From: Mobula hypostoma
Taxonomy: Eukaryota
Assembly (NCBI RefSeq): GCF_963921235.1
Contig: NC_086097.1
Span: 44,208,001 to 44,272,000, forward strand
Direction of reading: 5' to 3'
Length of the DNA: 64,000 nucleotides
Of this stretch, positions 36,534 through 50,000 are shown piece after piece. The notes beneath the pieces were generated by a model. The model saw only the letters and a list, made by a program, of their open reading frames with translations, was not told the origin of the DNA and made no database searches. The first letter of the stretch is position 1. Each line of letters opens with the position of its first letter. A program made the position numbers and the translations under genes.

Positions 36534-38512
36534 ATAGTCATAGTCATAGTCATACTTTATTAATCCCAGGGGAAATTGGTTTTCGTTACAGTTGCTCCAT
36601 AAATAATAGTAATAGAACCATAAATAGTTAAATAGTAATATGTAAATTATGAAATAAGTCCAGGACCAGCCTATTGGCTCAGGATGTCTGACCCTCCAAG
36701 GGAGGAGTTGTAAAGTTTGATGGCCACAGGCAGGAATGACTTCCTATGACGCTCAGTGCTGCATCTCAGTGGAATCAGTCTCTGGCTGAATGTACTCCTG
36801 TGCCCACCCAGTACATTATGTAGTGGATGGGAGACATTGACCAAGATGGCATGCAACTTAGACAGCATCCTCTTTTCAGACACCACCGTGAGAGAGTCCA
36901 GTTCCATCCCCACAACATCACTGGCCTTACGAATGAGTCTGTTGATTCTGTTGGTGTCTGCTACCCTCAGTCTGCTGCCCCAGCACACAACAGCAAACAT
37001 GATAGCACTGGCCACCACAGACTCATAGAACATCCTCAGCATCGTCCGGCAGATGTTAAGGGACCTCAGTCTCCTCAGGAAATAGAGACGGCTCTGACCC
37101 TTCTTGCAGACAGCCAATTCGTATCCCCAGGTATTTGTAATCCTCCACCATGTCCACACTGACCCCCTGGATGAAACAGGGGTCACCGGTACCTTAGCTC
37201 TCCTCAGGTCTACCACCAGCTCCTTAGTCTTTTTCACATTAAGCTGCAGATAATTCTGCTCACTCCATGTGACAAAGTTTCCTACCGTAGCCTTGTACTC
37301 AGCCTCATCTCCCTTGCTGATGCATCCAACTATGGCAGAGTCATCGAAAACTTCTGAAGGTGACAAGATTCTGTGCAGTAGTTGAAGTCCGAGGTGTAAA
37401 TGGTGAAGAGAAAGGGAGACAAGACAGTCCCCTGTGGAGCCCCAGTGCTGCTGATCACTCTGTCGGACACACAGTATTGCAAGCACATGTACTGTGGTCT
37501 GCCAGTCAGGTAATCAAGAATCCATGATACCAGGGAAGCATCCACCTGCATTGCTGTCAGCTTCTCCCCCAGCAGAGCAGGGAGGATGGTGTTGATCGCA
37601 CTGGAGAAGTCAAAAACATGACCCTCACAGTGCTCGCTGGCTTGTCCAGGTGGGCGTAGACACAGTTCAGCAGGAAGACGATAGCATCCTCAACTCCTCG
37701 TCGGGGCTGGTAGGTGAACTGGAGGGGATCTAAGTGTGGCCTGATCATAGGCCGGAGCAACTCCAGAACAAGTCTCTCCAGGGTCTTCATGATGTGGGAG
37801 GTCAATGCCACCGGTCTGTAGTCATTGAGGCCGCTGGGGCGCGGCGTCTTCGGCACAGGGACGAGGCAGGACGTCTTCCACAATACAGGAACTCTCCGGA
37901 GCCTCAGGCTCAGGTTGAATACATGGTGAAGTACTCCACATAGCTGAGGGGCACAGGCTTTGAGCACCCTGGTACTGACACCATCCGGTCCTGCAGCTTT
38001 GCTTGGGTTGAGACGTTTCAAATGTCTTCTCACCTGTAGAGCTGTGAAGCCCATCGTGGTGGTTTCGTGTGGGGAAGGGGTATAGTCATGAGAGCAGGGT
38101 GGGGGACTGTGAGGAGGGGTAGGAGGGGAGAGTGGAATATGTGTTGGTTGGGGGCCGACAACAGATGGCTCCTGCGTGGGATGGACAGGGGCCACAATGT
38201 CAAATCCGTTAAAGAACAGGTTAAGTTCATTGGCCCTGTCCACACTGCCTTCAGCTCCTCTGTTGCTAGTTTGCCGGAACCCAGTGATGGTCCTCATCCC
38301 CCTCCAGACCTCTCTCATGTTGTTCTGCTGCAGTTTCCACTCAAGCTTCCTCCTGTACCTGTCTTTAGCCTCCCTGATACTGGCTTTCAGGTCCCTCTGT
38401 ATTGCCCTCAGCTCCTCCCTATTTCCATCTCTAAACGCCCTCTTTGTAGCATTCAGGATGTCCTTAATGTCCTTTGTCACCCATGGCTTGTTATTTGAAT
38501 AACAAAGGACAG
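36534..38512 (-). mobile_element. Rex1/Babar-type LINE, 5'-truncated RT pseudogene
   Basis: ORFs read KAAGPDGV, DYRPVALTSHIMKTLERL, STGAPQGTVLSPFLFTIYT, KKTKELVVD. (TGACTA)n tail with AATAAA at 36534-36559. Confidence 0.92.
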
Positions 38513-38539
38513 TGTGCCTTTAGCGTGGAAATCTTAACA

Positions 38540-39210
38540 CAGTTAAACACACACAAAATGCAGGAGGAACTCGGCAAGTCAGACAGCATCTATGGAAAAG
38601 AATAAGCAGTTGACGTTTTAGGCTGAGATCCTTCTTCAGGACTGAAAAGGAAGGGGGAAGGCACCAGAATAAAAAGGAGGAGGAGAGAAAGGAGGACAGC
38701 TAGAAGGTGCTGGGTGACCCCCCAGGTAGGGTGGAAAGATAAAGGACTGGAGAAGAAGTAATTTGATAGGAGAGGAGAGTGGACCACAGGAGAAAGGGAA
38801 GGATGAGGGGACGCAAAGGGACGTGCCAGGTAGGTGAAATGAGGTAAGAGGCTAGAGAGGGGAATAGAAGAAGAGGGGAGGGGGATGGATTTTTTTTAAC
38901 CAGGAAAGGAAATCAATGTTCATGCCACCAGGGTAGAAGCTACCCAGATGGAATACAAGGTGTTGCTCCTCCACCCTGAGGGTGTCCTCATCTTGGCTCA
39001 AGAGGAGGCCATGGCCCACCATGTTGGAACAGGAATGGGAATTGGAATTAAAATGTTTGGCCACCAGGCAACTCCACTTTTGGTGGATGGAGCAGAGGTG
39101 CTAGACGAAGCAGTCCCCCGATTAATGTTGGGTCTCACCAATGTAGAGAGGGCCGCATCGGGAGCATCCAGTCACAATAGGTGACCCCCCTCCCCCCCAG
39201 CAGGTGAAGT
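38540..39210 (-). mobile_element. Penelope-like element 3' part; decayed GIY-YIG and hammerhead with GAAA>AAAA (38607-38644)
   Basis: Fragments CSRCGPLYIGET, AKHFNSNSHS and EEQHLVFHLGS. Confidence 0.85.
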
Positions 39211-39214
39211 CATT

Positions 39215-40050
39215 TTTGCTGTTTCTGCTGGTGGCTCTGTGTGTTCCAGTGAGAACAAATGCAGAGGGCTTGAAGAAGGCAGCTGAAGAATTTTGCTTTT
39301 GGGAGCACATGAATGAGTACGGCATATAACCAATGTCTTGTTTGCAGATTAGCCATTTATATCAGTTTTGGTTGTGGTGAAGTCAATCAGAGTGAGTAGG
39401 AACTCTGATTTGCTGCTCTGGCGAACTACCACAGGTGCAAGAATTTTTAAATGCATACATTTGTCAATTGAGTCACCTACACACCAACCACTGGTGTTCT
39501 GCAAGGGCTTCTGCTCCATAAACAGTCAAATGGTACTTGACCACGGGGTGGGGGGGGGGATATTGATATAGAAGAGCCATATTGAAAATAGTGATAATAT
39601 TGGAAGCATTCTGAAAGACAGGCATGACCCAGTTGCCTTACAGGTAGAACCTCAGCATGTAGTGGCACTTTATGCCTGCATACTTCAGCTCCAAGCGCAG
39701 CCTGAAGTGGCAAAGTAGGGAACTCATCATGATTAGGGCAATGCTGGATAAGCTTTTGTGCCGTTAGAGCAGAAACCTGTGCAATGTGACCCATTGGACC
39801 TGCTCCCCAGCCGGAAGATGGCTGCCAGAGTGTAGCAGCAAGGAGACACGGTCCACAGCTGTACTGTGTACAGCAGCCCCGAGAGCTCATTGCTTACAAT
39901 GACCATGTTCTTGTCAGTTAATGAGAGGGGGTGCCTCTTCCACTGTCCCCATTTTTGTTTTATCTCGTCTGTTCGTTCCAGCCAATTTTTGTTGCACACC
40001 TGAGTCCTTCGGAACTAGATCCCTTGCATCTCAGGTTGTCAAACTGGTGA
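39215..40050 (-). mobile_element. Tx1/L1-clade LINE fragment, post-RT region
   Basis: NWLERTDEIKQKWGQWKRHPLSLTDKNMVI...LLY resembles the W..R.LSL.GK motif of Tx1 ORF2. Confidence 0.6.
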
Positions 40051-40454
40051 CAGTGGGAATGGTGGATTGGTCAGGTCTGTTGCTGAACAACATGGCTTCA
40101 TTCTTACAGTTGGCTCTGGCTGCAGGTCACAACTCAAATGCTGGTCTCAGATGCTGATCAATCTGTGGACTGACAAGCAGAAGATAGTGACATTTTCAAT
40201 ATACAGAAAGGGTATGATCTGGGTGCCCCTACTGCCAAGCAATATCATCCCCTCACCCCTCTTTTGCCCTTGTCATTCTTGGCAAAGGATTAAATTGTCA
40301 GCTGACTTGCTGCCTTTCTGTTGAGGTTTGTTAACCAGCTGGCTACCCGGAGTCAGCCAGTGCCCCTTAAGTTGTAGCTGACACCTACGCAAGGTCCACC
40401 AAGGTTCAGAATATAGGAGAATAATATACCACCGCATTTTTAACTGCAAAATAT

Positions 40455-40590
40455 GTGCTGAAGAATGATCTTGGCCTGAAACATCAACTGTTTATTCATT
40501 TCCATAGATGCTGCCTGATCTGCTGAGTTCCTCCAGCATTTTGTGTGTGTTGCTTTGGATTTCCAGTATCTGCAGGATTTCTCATGTTTA
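40455..40590 (+). mobile_element. Penelope-like terminal repeat with decayed hammerhead stems
   Basis: CTGAAGA-atgatcttggcct-GAAA-catc, then gatgctgcctgatctgctgagttcctccagc. Confidence 0.75.
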
Positions 40591-41486
40591 TATATTACTA
40601 ACCTGTTTGATAAACCTTTGTTCATTTTAAGTGTGAGATTTTGAGTGATACCTTAGCTTTATGGAGTGTATTCCTAATGCTAAACTTAGAGCTAACTAAT
40701 GGATCAACGCATCTTGAAGATCTATGCTTACCTCCTAGTTTCACTTGGTAATTCCTTTACAATGAAGTTTGGACTTGAATATGTACTGGTTTGTTTCAGT
40801 TAATAGGATCTGGCATTAACAACAGCGGTAAACAGCAGATCCACAACAATGACAATAAAACAAATTAAAGCTTCCGATTCTCCGGACTTTGACTACAAAC
40901 TAGTAAAGGGTAAGAAATTAGATTGTATTACACCCATATTACAGATGTAACATTGATGTTTAAAGGACTGCTACAATGGCAGAGCAGGATGTGTTCTACA
41001 TTTGGAGTCTATTATCTGCTATATTGCTGAAAACTCCTCTGTAAAATCTATTAGGATAGATGCTTGTTCCACAGGAGCTGCCGAATACATGATACGAACC
41101 ACCTATACAGATTACTGTGTGTTTACACAATGCAGCTAAATCAGCTGACCTCCTTGGTAAATTTTAACCTTTTTACATAATACACTGTGGAATCATCTCC
41201 ATTTTATTTACTCCAGAATATTGCTTATCCTCTCCCAATAAATCTGCTTCCCATCCCCCTATTATTCAAAGGTTCATTTTAATATCAAAGTATACAACGC
41301 TGAAATTCTTCTTCTCCAGATAGCCACAAAACTAAGAAAGAAAAGAACGGCAGCACAATCATCAACCCCCAGAATTCACCCTCCTGACACAAAAACAAGC
41401 AAATACATGACAGGCATACCGACTTCCAAATCCCTCTCCTCTGCACACAAAAAAAATGAGAAAGATCAGGCGAAAACATAGAACAT

Positions 41487-44400
41487 TGTGGCGAGCATTT
41501 GGTCTATAATGACAGGCGAGGAAGCTCGTTAACTCAACAACCGTTTTATTGTGATAAACACAAAACAGTCCAGGCACCATGACCGGAGAGTGAACAGATG
41601 GGGGAGGGGACCATCACACACCCCGGTTACAGTTAGGGTGACCCATAAATACACAAGCAAATAACTCTATAACCCAAGCTAAAATGTAACAATAAATGAA
41701 CTGGAACTTCCCACCATAATCCCACAAAGGCATTTTAACACAAGAACAATAAACAGTACTAGTCATTAGAAATGCAGGGGTGGCTGTCAACCATACCCCA
41801 CCCCTCAGAGCGTCACACTGCCCCCACCTGAGGGGTCAGCCACCCCCGACAACCCCAGAGCCGATGCAAAGTCTAAAGGTTCCAGTGGGCATTGACTCTG
41901 CCACCTGTTTGTTTGAGGCAAGAGGCAGGGCACCCAGAGTGTCACTTCCTTCCCTCAGCCTCGCCGGGTTAGTGGTGGCCAGGGACTGACAGGGTACCAG
42001 CCAGTCCCGGTGCAGCACGACTGCCTTCCACCGCTCAGACAGCCACACCCGATATACCACATCGGAGACACGGTCGAGCACCTCTCCCAGTGGCTTCCAC
42101 ACCTGGGGGATAGTCCCTTCTTCTGGGAGGGCAGTAGACCCATACTGGAGCCCCCACCATTTACTGTTGCTGCACTGGCACCCCGGACTGTTTGCCCGGT
42201 CCCTTCTGGGACATGCACGCGTCGCAGCAGTACAAGAAAAGCCCCACGTCCTGCCTGTACCCAGGCCAGTAGAAGCATTCATGCAGCCTGCCCATCGTCT
42301 TTGAAACCCCAAAATGGCCGTCCCCCAGCAGCTCGTGCACCGACCACAGCACCATGGTGCGGAGCCGCCGGGGACCGCCAGCTGCAAGAGATGTATGCAC
42401 CGCAGGAACAGCAACCCGTAACACACCTCCAGCATTCCCCACGGCGAGTATAGGGCCTTGGTCTCCGGATCCGGGGCGGAGACCTCTGCCCACTCCGGCC
42501 GTCGTCCCACACTCAGCCATTCCCTCACCCGGGCCAACACGGGGTCGCTCACAAGTTCGCTGTGCAGCCGCTCGTAGTCCATGGTGGGGAGGCCGTCGAT
42601 GGCTGTCACCTGAAGTGCCGTCACCGTCGCTTGCCCGTGGTTCAGCTGCGTCGTGTTGGGCTGCTGCCGGGTGTGAATACACTGTCGCGGGCCGCTGTGA
42701 AACCGGCGGTGGTTGCTGCCCCCGGTGGGGCCGCTCCCTGGAGCTGCCCTGCTGGAGAGCCGCAGCTTCAGCTCCGAGGCAGAGTGTTGTACCTGGCACA
42801 TCCACACGGGCCCCCCAGTGGGACAGCAGGTCCAGGCCAAGGATGTAGGACTCTCGGATGTCGGCGAGCCACACCTCGTACTCCACCGTGTTTCTCCCCA
42901 CTGCGACACGCAGCCTCCTCTTCCCGCGCATCGCCACACAGTCACCGGTGACCGTCGCCAGCTGGTCCGCCGTCGTTGTCCCCCCGGGGGGATGGCTAGT
43001 CCGTGTTGGAGAGAACACCGGGACGGATGGTGGTGATGGTTGACCCCATGTGCACCAACGCACGGCATCTGATGCCCTCCCGACACAGTCCACATATAAG
43101 CAACAACGGAGGGGTTCCGCTGGAGGACTCAGGCAGCACTGCCGATCGGCGTTTCCCAATGGCTGCTCTGGGCTGTGGCGTGGTGCCATTGCGGGGCAGT
43201 CCCGGGCCAAATGACCTGCCTCACCGCACCGGTAGCGGAGATTGTTTCGTTGTCTCACGGGCTCCTCCTGATCAGTTTCCTCCTCAGCCTCAGTGACACA
43301 AACCCGGTCTCGCGGCGTGCAGGGCGATGCTGGAACACTTTGTGGGACTAAAATTGCTTCTGCCCCCTCCACCCTGGCCAGCGCCTCATCCAGCGATGAT
43401 GGCAACGTCAGGCGAACGTGGTGCCGAAGGTGCTCCGGCATCAGCGCCTTTACAAAGCCGTGAAGGACAAGCTCTTCCTGGGCCGCGGGAGAGAAGTCAG
43501 GGTAGCTATGTTGAGCACAGTGGCGAAGATCAGCTGCCAGTGCCCCCAGACTTTCTCCGATACTGGTGCTGTCTGCTGCACAGTTCTTCCCTCATTGCTT
43601 CCACCAACGGCCTCTCCACTGCCACTACAAGGGCCCTGTAGTCGTGCTGCTCCACCGGCGTTAGGTCGATGAGGGCCTGCAGGGCATCTCCCTCCAGTGC
43701 CAGGGCAAGGTGCACCACTGTCTCAGTGGGGCTCCATCCGTTGTGTCACGTGGCAAGTTTGACTTGCGCCAGGTAAGGCTCCAGGTGGCTGGTACTGTCG
43801 TATCTGGGGAGCTTCAGGGTAGACCTTGAGGCGCAATCGTCGAGGCCCTTTGAACTTCCTCTTGTTCCGGCGGCGTCTGACATGGTGCCCATGGCTACGG
43901 CGTCTTGGGTTCCTCAGTGTGGATCATGATGGAGGCGAGTGGTGCGTTCCGCTCTGTCCCCCGGGTTGGGGAGCCTGGCTACACTCGCTCCGTCGGGGTT
44001 CCCTGGGAAGGCACGCTCCGGGTCTTGTCTTCATGAGCTCTGCCTGTGGGTGTGGGGGAGGCCTACAACTCAGTCCCTCGTCTTATTCCCCAGGTCTTAA
44101 GGCACTCTCTCCAATGTCGTAGCTCTTCAATCTCGTCGCCGATCTCACATCCCACTCCTGACACCAGTGTGGTGAGCATTTGGTCCACAATGACAGACGA
44201 GGAAGCTGGTTGAACTCAACAACCGTTTTATTGTGATAAACACAAAACAGACCGGGCACCATGACCCGGAGAATGAACCCAACCAGTTTCACACCGACGG
44301 GGGAGGTGACCATCACACACCCCAGTTACAGTCAGTGTGACCCACAAATACACAAGTGATTAACTGTGTAACCCAAGCTAAAATGTAACAATAAATGAAA

Positions 44401-44522
44401 TGGAACTTCCCACCATAATCCCAGAAAAGCATTTTAACACAAGAATAATAAACAGTACTGGCCATTAGGAAGGCAGGGGCGGCTGTCAACCATACACCCG
44501 CCCCCCCCCCAAGAACGTCACA
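41487..44522 (-). mobile_element. Internally deleted Ty3/Gypsy LTR retrotransposon with both LTRs
   Basis: LTRs 41487-41817 and 44168-44522 (TGT...ACA). Flanks acat/atat. Gag knuckle YRCGEAGHLARDC, protease ILGLDLL, integrase HHCC (HELLGDGHFG...CCDAC), polypurine tract near 41818-41830. Confidence 0.92.
44149..44166 (-). promoter_or_regulatory. Primer-binding site complementary to the tRNA-Leu(CAG) 3' end
   Basis: TGGTGTCAGGAGTGGGAT lies 1 nt from the 5' LTR and matches the recalled vertebrate tRNA-Leu 3' end ATCCCACTCCTGACACCA. Confidence 0.85.
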
Positions 44523-45034
44523 ATATAAAAAACTATAAGACTGAAAAAAATTTATAGTCAAAGTCCGTATCCAAATAGCAGAAAACCTGGGTTACATTCA
44601 CCAGGCCTTTCCTTCTCCACAGCAGAGTGATCCCACTTGCGATCAAAAGGCATTTCACACTTCCATTAGGAAAAACATCTTTTCACAAGTCCTTTTTGAA
44701 TATGATGGTGCATTTTTTGTGAAAATTCTTTTGTGACACATGATGTAATGCCATAGGCAGTAAAACCGAAAGGCTGTTTTATTCCTATTTGATGTGTTCT
44801 TGGCTCAATTTTTCCCATAAGTTCAATTCTGCTACAGTTTTGTCTTCATGGGAATAACCTTTCCTGAGAGATTGTGTTAATTGGTAGAAGTTAGAATCAC
44901 CAGACAGAAAAACTGTTGATTTCTTATTACTGCTCTATACTAAATCCGAGTCAAAAGTGACCGTAGTATGACTCTATTTTCTTACTAATAATAAGTACAG
45001 CATTATTATTATTTTCATTTTCAGGCACTAGGCA

Positions 45035-45715
45035 TTGCATTAAGGCCAATTTATATTGCCCATTTAGAAGTGTCCTCTTTGCTCTTGTGCTGCCTGCTGG
45101 TGAAGGTATTCCCGCAGTGCTGTTGGGGAGGGAGTGCCAGGTGTGAGTTGCAGTAGCAGTGAAGGGACATGGAAATATTTCCAAGCCAGGCTGCTGTGTG
45201 ACTCAGAAAGGAACCTGCAGGTTGAGGAACCCTCATGCACCTGCTGCTCTTGTCCTTCTGAATGGTGGAGGTTACAGAATTGAGACGTGAGTAACTGTGG
45301 CACACTTTGTAGACGGTGTGCACTGCAGCCGCAATATACTTTTGGTGGAAGGGATTAATACTTAGGGTGGATGATAGAGTGCTAGTCAAGTGGGCCACTT
45401 TGTCATGGGAGCTGCTTGACAGTTGTTGGTGTTACATTCATCCCAAAGAAAAATGGCAAGTGTTTCAGCATGTTCCTAATTTGTGCCTTGTGGTTGGTGA
45501 TAGGGCCTTGGGATGGCAGGACACATGGCCCTCACTGCTATAATACCCAGCCCCTGGCCGGCCCTTGAGTTTTCTGGTCAGTGGTGACTCTAAGATTATT
45601 TATGATAGGAAACTTGTCAATTGTAACACTATTGAATGTCAGTAGTACAAGGTTAGGTACTTTTTTTTGGAGGTGGTCATTACCTGAAGCTTGTGGTGGT
45701 GCAAGTATTATTCAA
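45035..45715 (-). mobile_element. Old LINE 3' fragment (CR1/L2 group); related remnant at about 35150-35640
   Basis: Decayed C-terminal coding AAAVHTVYKV and a shared tttatt...gcccat end. Confidence 0.5.
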
Positions 45716-47054
45716 GACTTCGGCATAAATGTTGTCCTTGCAGATAGTGGCGGGTTGTTGCTTGACTGGTCCATTAAACAGCTGTCCTCAGAGAAGGATT
45801 TTGCAAGATGACCTGGACTGGGAGTGACTTTACTATATCTGGATTCAATGTCTAAGTTAAAGTAGGCTGTCCATCCAGTTTTGTGCTTTTCCCATTTAAA
45901 CATAGCAGTAATGGTAGAATTAAACAGCTTGCAGGCCGCTTCAGGCAGCATTTAAATGTGAAGCACATTGGGTGGGTCTGGAATTAGATGCAGGCTGTGT
46001 CAGAGTTGCAGTTGTCTTGCCATGGACATGGATGAACTATGTGGACTTTAAGGGCAATGGAGTTGCTTCCCCTTCCATAGAACCATAGAACATTACAGCA
46101 CAGAAACATCTGCCATAGCATCCTATTCTTACCCTCCCATCTCCACCACCACCCCCACCACTCCATTAGTTTAAATTCCACAGCAGCTGTCAGGGGATTT
46201 GAAATAATATCTCTAGGTTGTTAATCCCTCAGATTACTAGTCTGGTAACTTCACTGCATCACCCCTTGTAATGTTCCCACATTAATTTTCTTCTATCTAG
46301 GTATTCTTTGGATCAGTGTGATCTATTAACTTTGGCTAATTTAGAAGTCTCCTTTCCATCAGTGCTACAGTCCTGGGCTTTCTCATTCACAGTATGCTTC
46401 ACAGGAACATAAAGGATCCCTTGATAAGGTATGGGTTTGTCACCTTTAAGACAGACCATTGATAATGAGAGGATTAAAACAGAAGGATCATTTATTCATG
46501 CAAGTTATTAAAATACATTAGCCGAGATGAGGGACAAATCCAATGCAGCTGTAGAACTGCTTAGGCAGTAATTGCTTCAAGACAGCTGTTTTATTTTGCA
46601 TATCAACCGTATCCTCAAAGAAACCTATTGCTGATGCAAAGAGACATTTTTGCAGCTACTATGTTAATGATATATGTTTCATATTTGTCATGCATGATTA
46701 GAGCAGAGGTCCAGCTGGGCAGCAATTTTACTTGGGTTTTATAAGAATTGTGTGCAGATCATACTTAATGCAGGTTATACATTTCCTTCAGAATTTTTTG
46801 CTTGTTTTCTGTTAGTAAATTGGAAAAGAATTAACATTTTTAAAGGTACAATAGGAATTAGTATCAAAATGCTAAAGAACTTGTATCCAAGTTAAAATCC
46901 ATTTTTCTGTTTGAGAATCCAGCATATTCATTCTATTTTCAGCATTTTTCAATTTTGTTTTTGTGAGTGTAACCAGCATTGATTTCACTCTCCCCTTCTT
47001 TCTCAGATTACAAATTTTCTGCATCAAGGTACTTATATATACTTATAAAAATAA

Positions 47055-50000
47055 TAAGTATAGAGCTTTGGATATTGTTGTGGGGGATGACCTCCCAAGG
47101 GACTGCCACGGAGACCAGGTTACTGGGACTGAGCATGGGTCCATGGCGCAGAAGGTAAAGAGGGAGAAGAGGGGAGCGGTAGTGGTAGGGTACTCAATAC
47201 TGTAGTCAGAGGAACAGACAGGAAATTCTGTGGGAATGAACAGGACACCCGCGTGGTATGTTGCCTCCCAGGTGCCAGGGTCAGGGACATCTCTGATTGC
47301 ATCCACAACATTTAGAGAGGGAGGAGCTCAGCCAGATGTCTTGGTACATATCAGTACCAAGGACATAGGAAGGAAAAGCAATGAGGTCCTGAAGAGAGAA
47401 TTTAGATAGCTCGGCAGAAAGCTGAGAAGCAGGACCTCCAGGATAGTAATTTCTAGATTGCTCTCTGTGCCACGCGCCAGTGAGGGTAGAAACAGGATGA
47501 TTTGGCAGATAAATGTATGGCTGAGAAGCTGGTGCAGGGGCAGGGGTTCAGGTTCTTGGATCATTGGGATCTCTTCTGGGGAAGGTATGACCTGTACAAA
47601 AAGGAGGGGTTACACCTGAACCCAAGGGGAGCCAGTATTCTTGCTGGGAGGTTTGTTAGAGCTGTTGGGGAGGGTTTAAACTAATTTGGCAGGGTGATGG
47701 GAACTGGAATGAAGGGACTCAGGATAGAACGGATGGTAAAAAAAAAAGCAAAAATAGTGTGCAGTCAGACTGTCAAGGAATGGCAGGCAGACGATTGGAT
47801 AAAATTGCAGCCAGCAGGGTGAGTATCAGTTCATTAGGGATGCAAAATCAAAAAGGGTAGCAAATACAGCACTCAGAGTGTTATGTCTCAATGCACAGAG
47901 TGTAAGAAATAAGGTGGATGATCTTGTTGCACTACTACAGATTGCCAGGTATGATGTTGTGGCCGTCACTGAATCTTGGCTGAAGGATGGTTGTAGTTGG
48001 GAGCTGAATGTCCAAGGCTACTCGTGTCAGAAGGATAAGAAGATAGGCAGAGGGGGGTTGCGTGGCTCTGCTGGCAAACAATGGCATCAAATCAGTAGAA
48101 AGATGTGACATAGGGTCAGAAGATGTTGAATCCTTGTGGGTTGAGTTAAGAAATTGCAAAGGTAAAAGGACCCTGATGACAGTTATATACTGGATTGGGT
48201 GTGATGTAATGAACTGGAGGCGATTAGGGAGCTTAAGGTAAAAGAACCCTTAGGAGCCAGTGATCACAATATGATTGTGTTCAACTTGAAAATTGATGGA
48301 GAGAAAGTAAAGTCTGATGTAGCAGTGTTTCAGTGGAGTAAAGGAAATTACTGTGGTAAGAGAATGGAGTTGGCCAGAGGAAATTGGATGGTGCTGCCGG
48401 CAGGGATGACAGAAAGCAGCAATGGCATGAGACATTGCTTGGACATTCAGCTCCCAACTACAACCATCTTTCAGCCAAGATTCAGTGACGGCCACAACAT
48501 CATACCTGGCAATCTGTAGTAGTGCAACAAGATCATCCACCTTATTGCTCATACTCTGTGCATTGAGATATAACACCCTGAGTGCTGTATTTGCTACCCT
48601 TTCTGGCAAAAATGAGGATGGTGCCAGACAGATGTATCCAAGAATGAAGAAATACTCAAATGGCAAAGTAGTACAACTGTGACTGACAAGGAAAGTCAAC
48701 ACTAATGTAAAAACAAAAGGGAGGGCATACAACAAAGCAAAAATTGGTGGGAAGATAGAGGATTGGGAAGCTTTTAAAAACCTACAGACAGCAATTAAAA
48801 TAATCCTTAGAAGGAAAAGATGAAATATGAAGGCAAGCTAGCAAACAATATCAAACTAGATAGTAAAAGCGTTTTCAAGTATGTAAAAAATAAAAGAGAG
48901 ATGAAAGTGGATATAGGACCACAAGAAAATGATGCTGGAGAAATAAAAATGGGGGACAGGGAGATGGCAGATGAACTAAATGAGTATTTTGCACCATTCT
49001 TCACTGAGGAAGACACTAACTGTGTGCCAGATGTTATAGTGTGTGAAAGAAGAGGAATGAGTACAGTTAACATTACAAGGGAGAAGATGCTCAAAAAGGT
49101 GAATGATCTAAGGGTATATAAGTCACCCAGACCAGATGAACTGCACCCTAGGGTTCTGAAAAAGGTAATGGTAGAGATTATGGAGACATTAGCAATGATC
49201 TTTCAAAAATCATTGGATTCTGGCATGGTGCCAGAGGACTGGAAAATTGCAAATGTCACTCCACTCTTTAAGAAAGGAGGAAGGAAGTAGAAAGGAAATT
49301 ATAGACCATTTGGCCTCACCTCAGAGGATGGGAAGATGTTGGAGTCAATTGTTAAGAATGAGGTTATGGAGTACTTGGTGACACAGGACAAGAAAGGACA
49401 AAGTCAGCAGGGTTTCCTTAAGGGGAAATCTTGCCTGACAAACCTATTGGAATTCTTTGAGGAGATTACAAGTAGGATAGATAAAGGGATGCAGTGGATG
49501 TTGTATATTTGGACTTTCAGAGGCCTTTGACAAGGTGCCACACTTGAGGCTGCTTACCAAGTTAAGAGCCCATGGTATTACAGGGAAGTTACTAACATGG
49601 TTAGAGCATTGGCTGATTGGTAGGAAACAGCAAGTGGGAACAAAAGAATCCTTGTCTGGTTGGCTGCCAGTGACTGGTGGTTTCTGCAGGGGTCAATGTT
49701 GGGACCACTTCTTTCTAAGCTGTATATCAATAATTTAGATGATGGAATAAATGGATTTGCTGCCAATTTGCAGATGATACGAAGATTGGTAGAGGGGCAG
49801 GTAGCATTGAGGAAACAGGTAGGCTGCAAAAGTCCTTAGACAGATTAGGAGAATTGGCAAAAAAGAGGCAAATGAAATACAATGTTGGAAAATGCATGGT
49901 CATGCACTTTGGTAATAGAAATAAATGTGCAGACGATTGTCTAAACAAGGAGAAAATCCAAAAGTCTGAGATGCAAAGGTACTTGGGAGTCCTTGTGCAG

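Noticed and set aside
40800..40909. Candidate exon (tttcag|...|gtaaga)
   Set aside because: Stops occur in all three frames from this acceptor. The alternative acceptor gives an unrecognised peptide.
41836..43441. 419-aa and 426-aa ORFs as host genes
   Set aside because: They lie between LTRs. Gag, protease and integrase motifs are split across frames, and high GC explains the long open frames.
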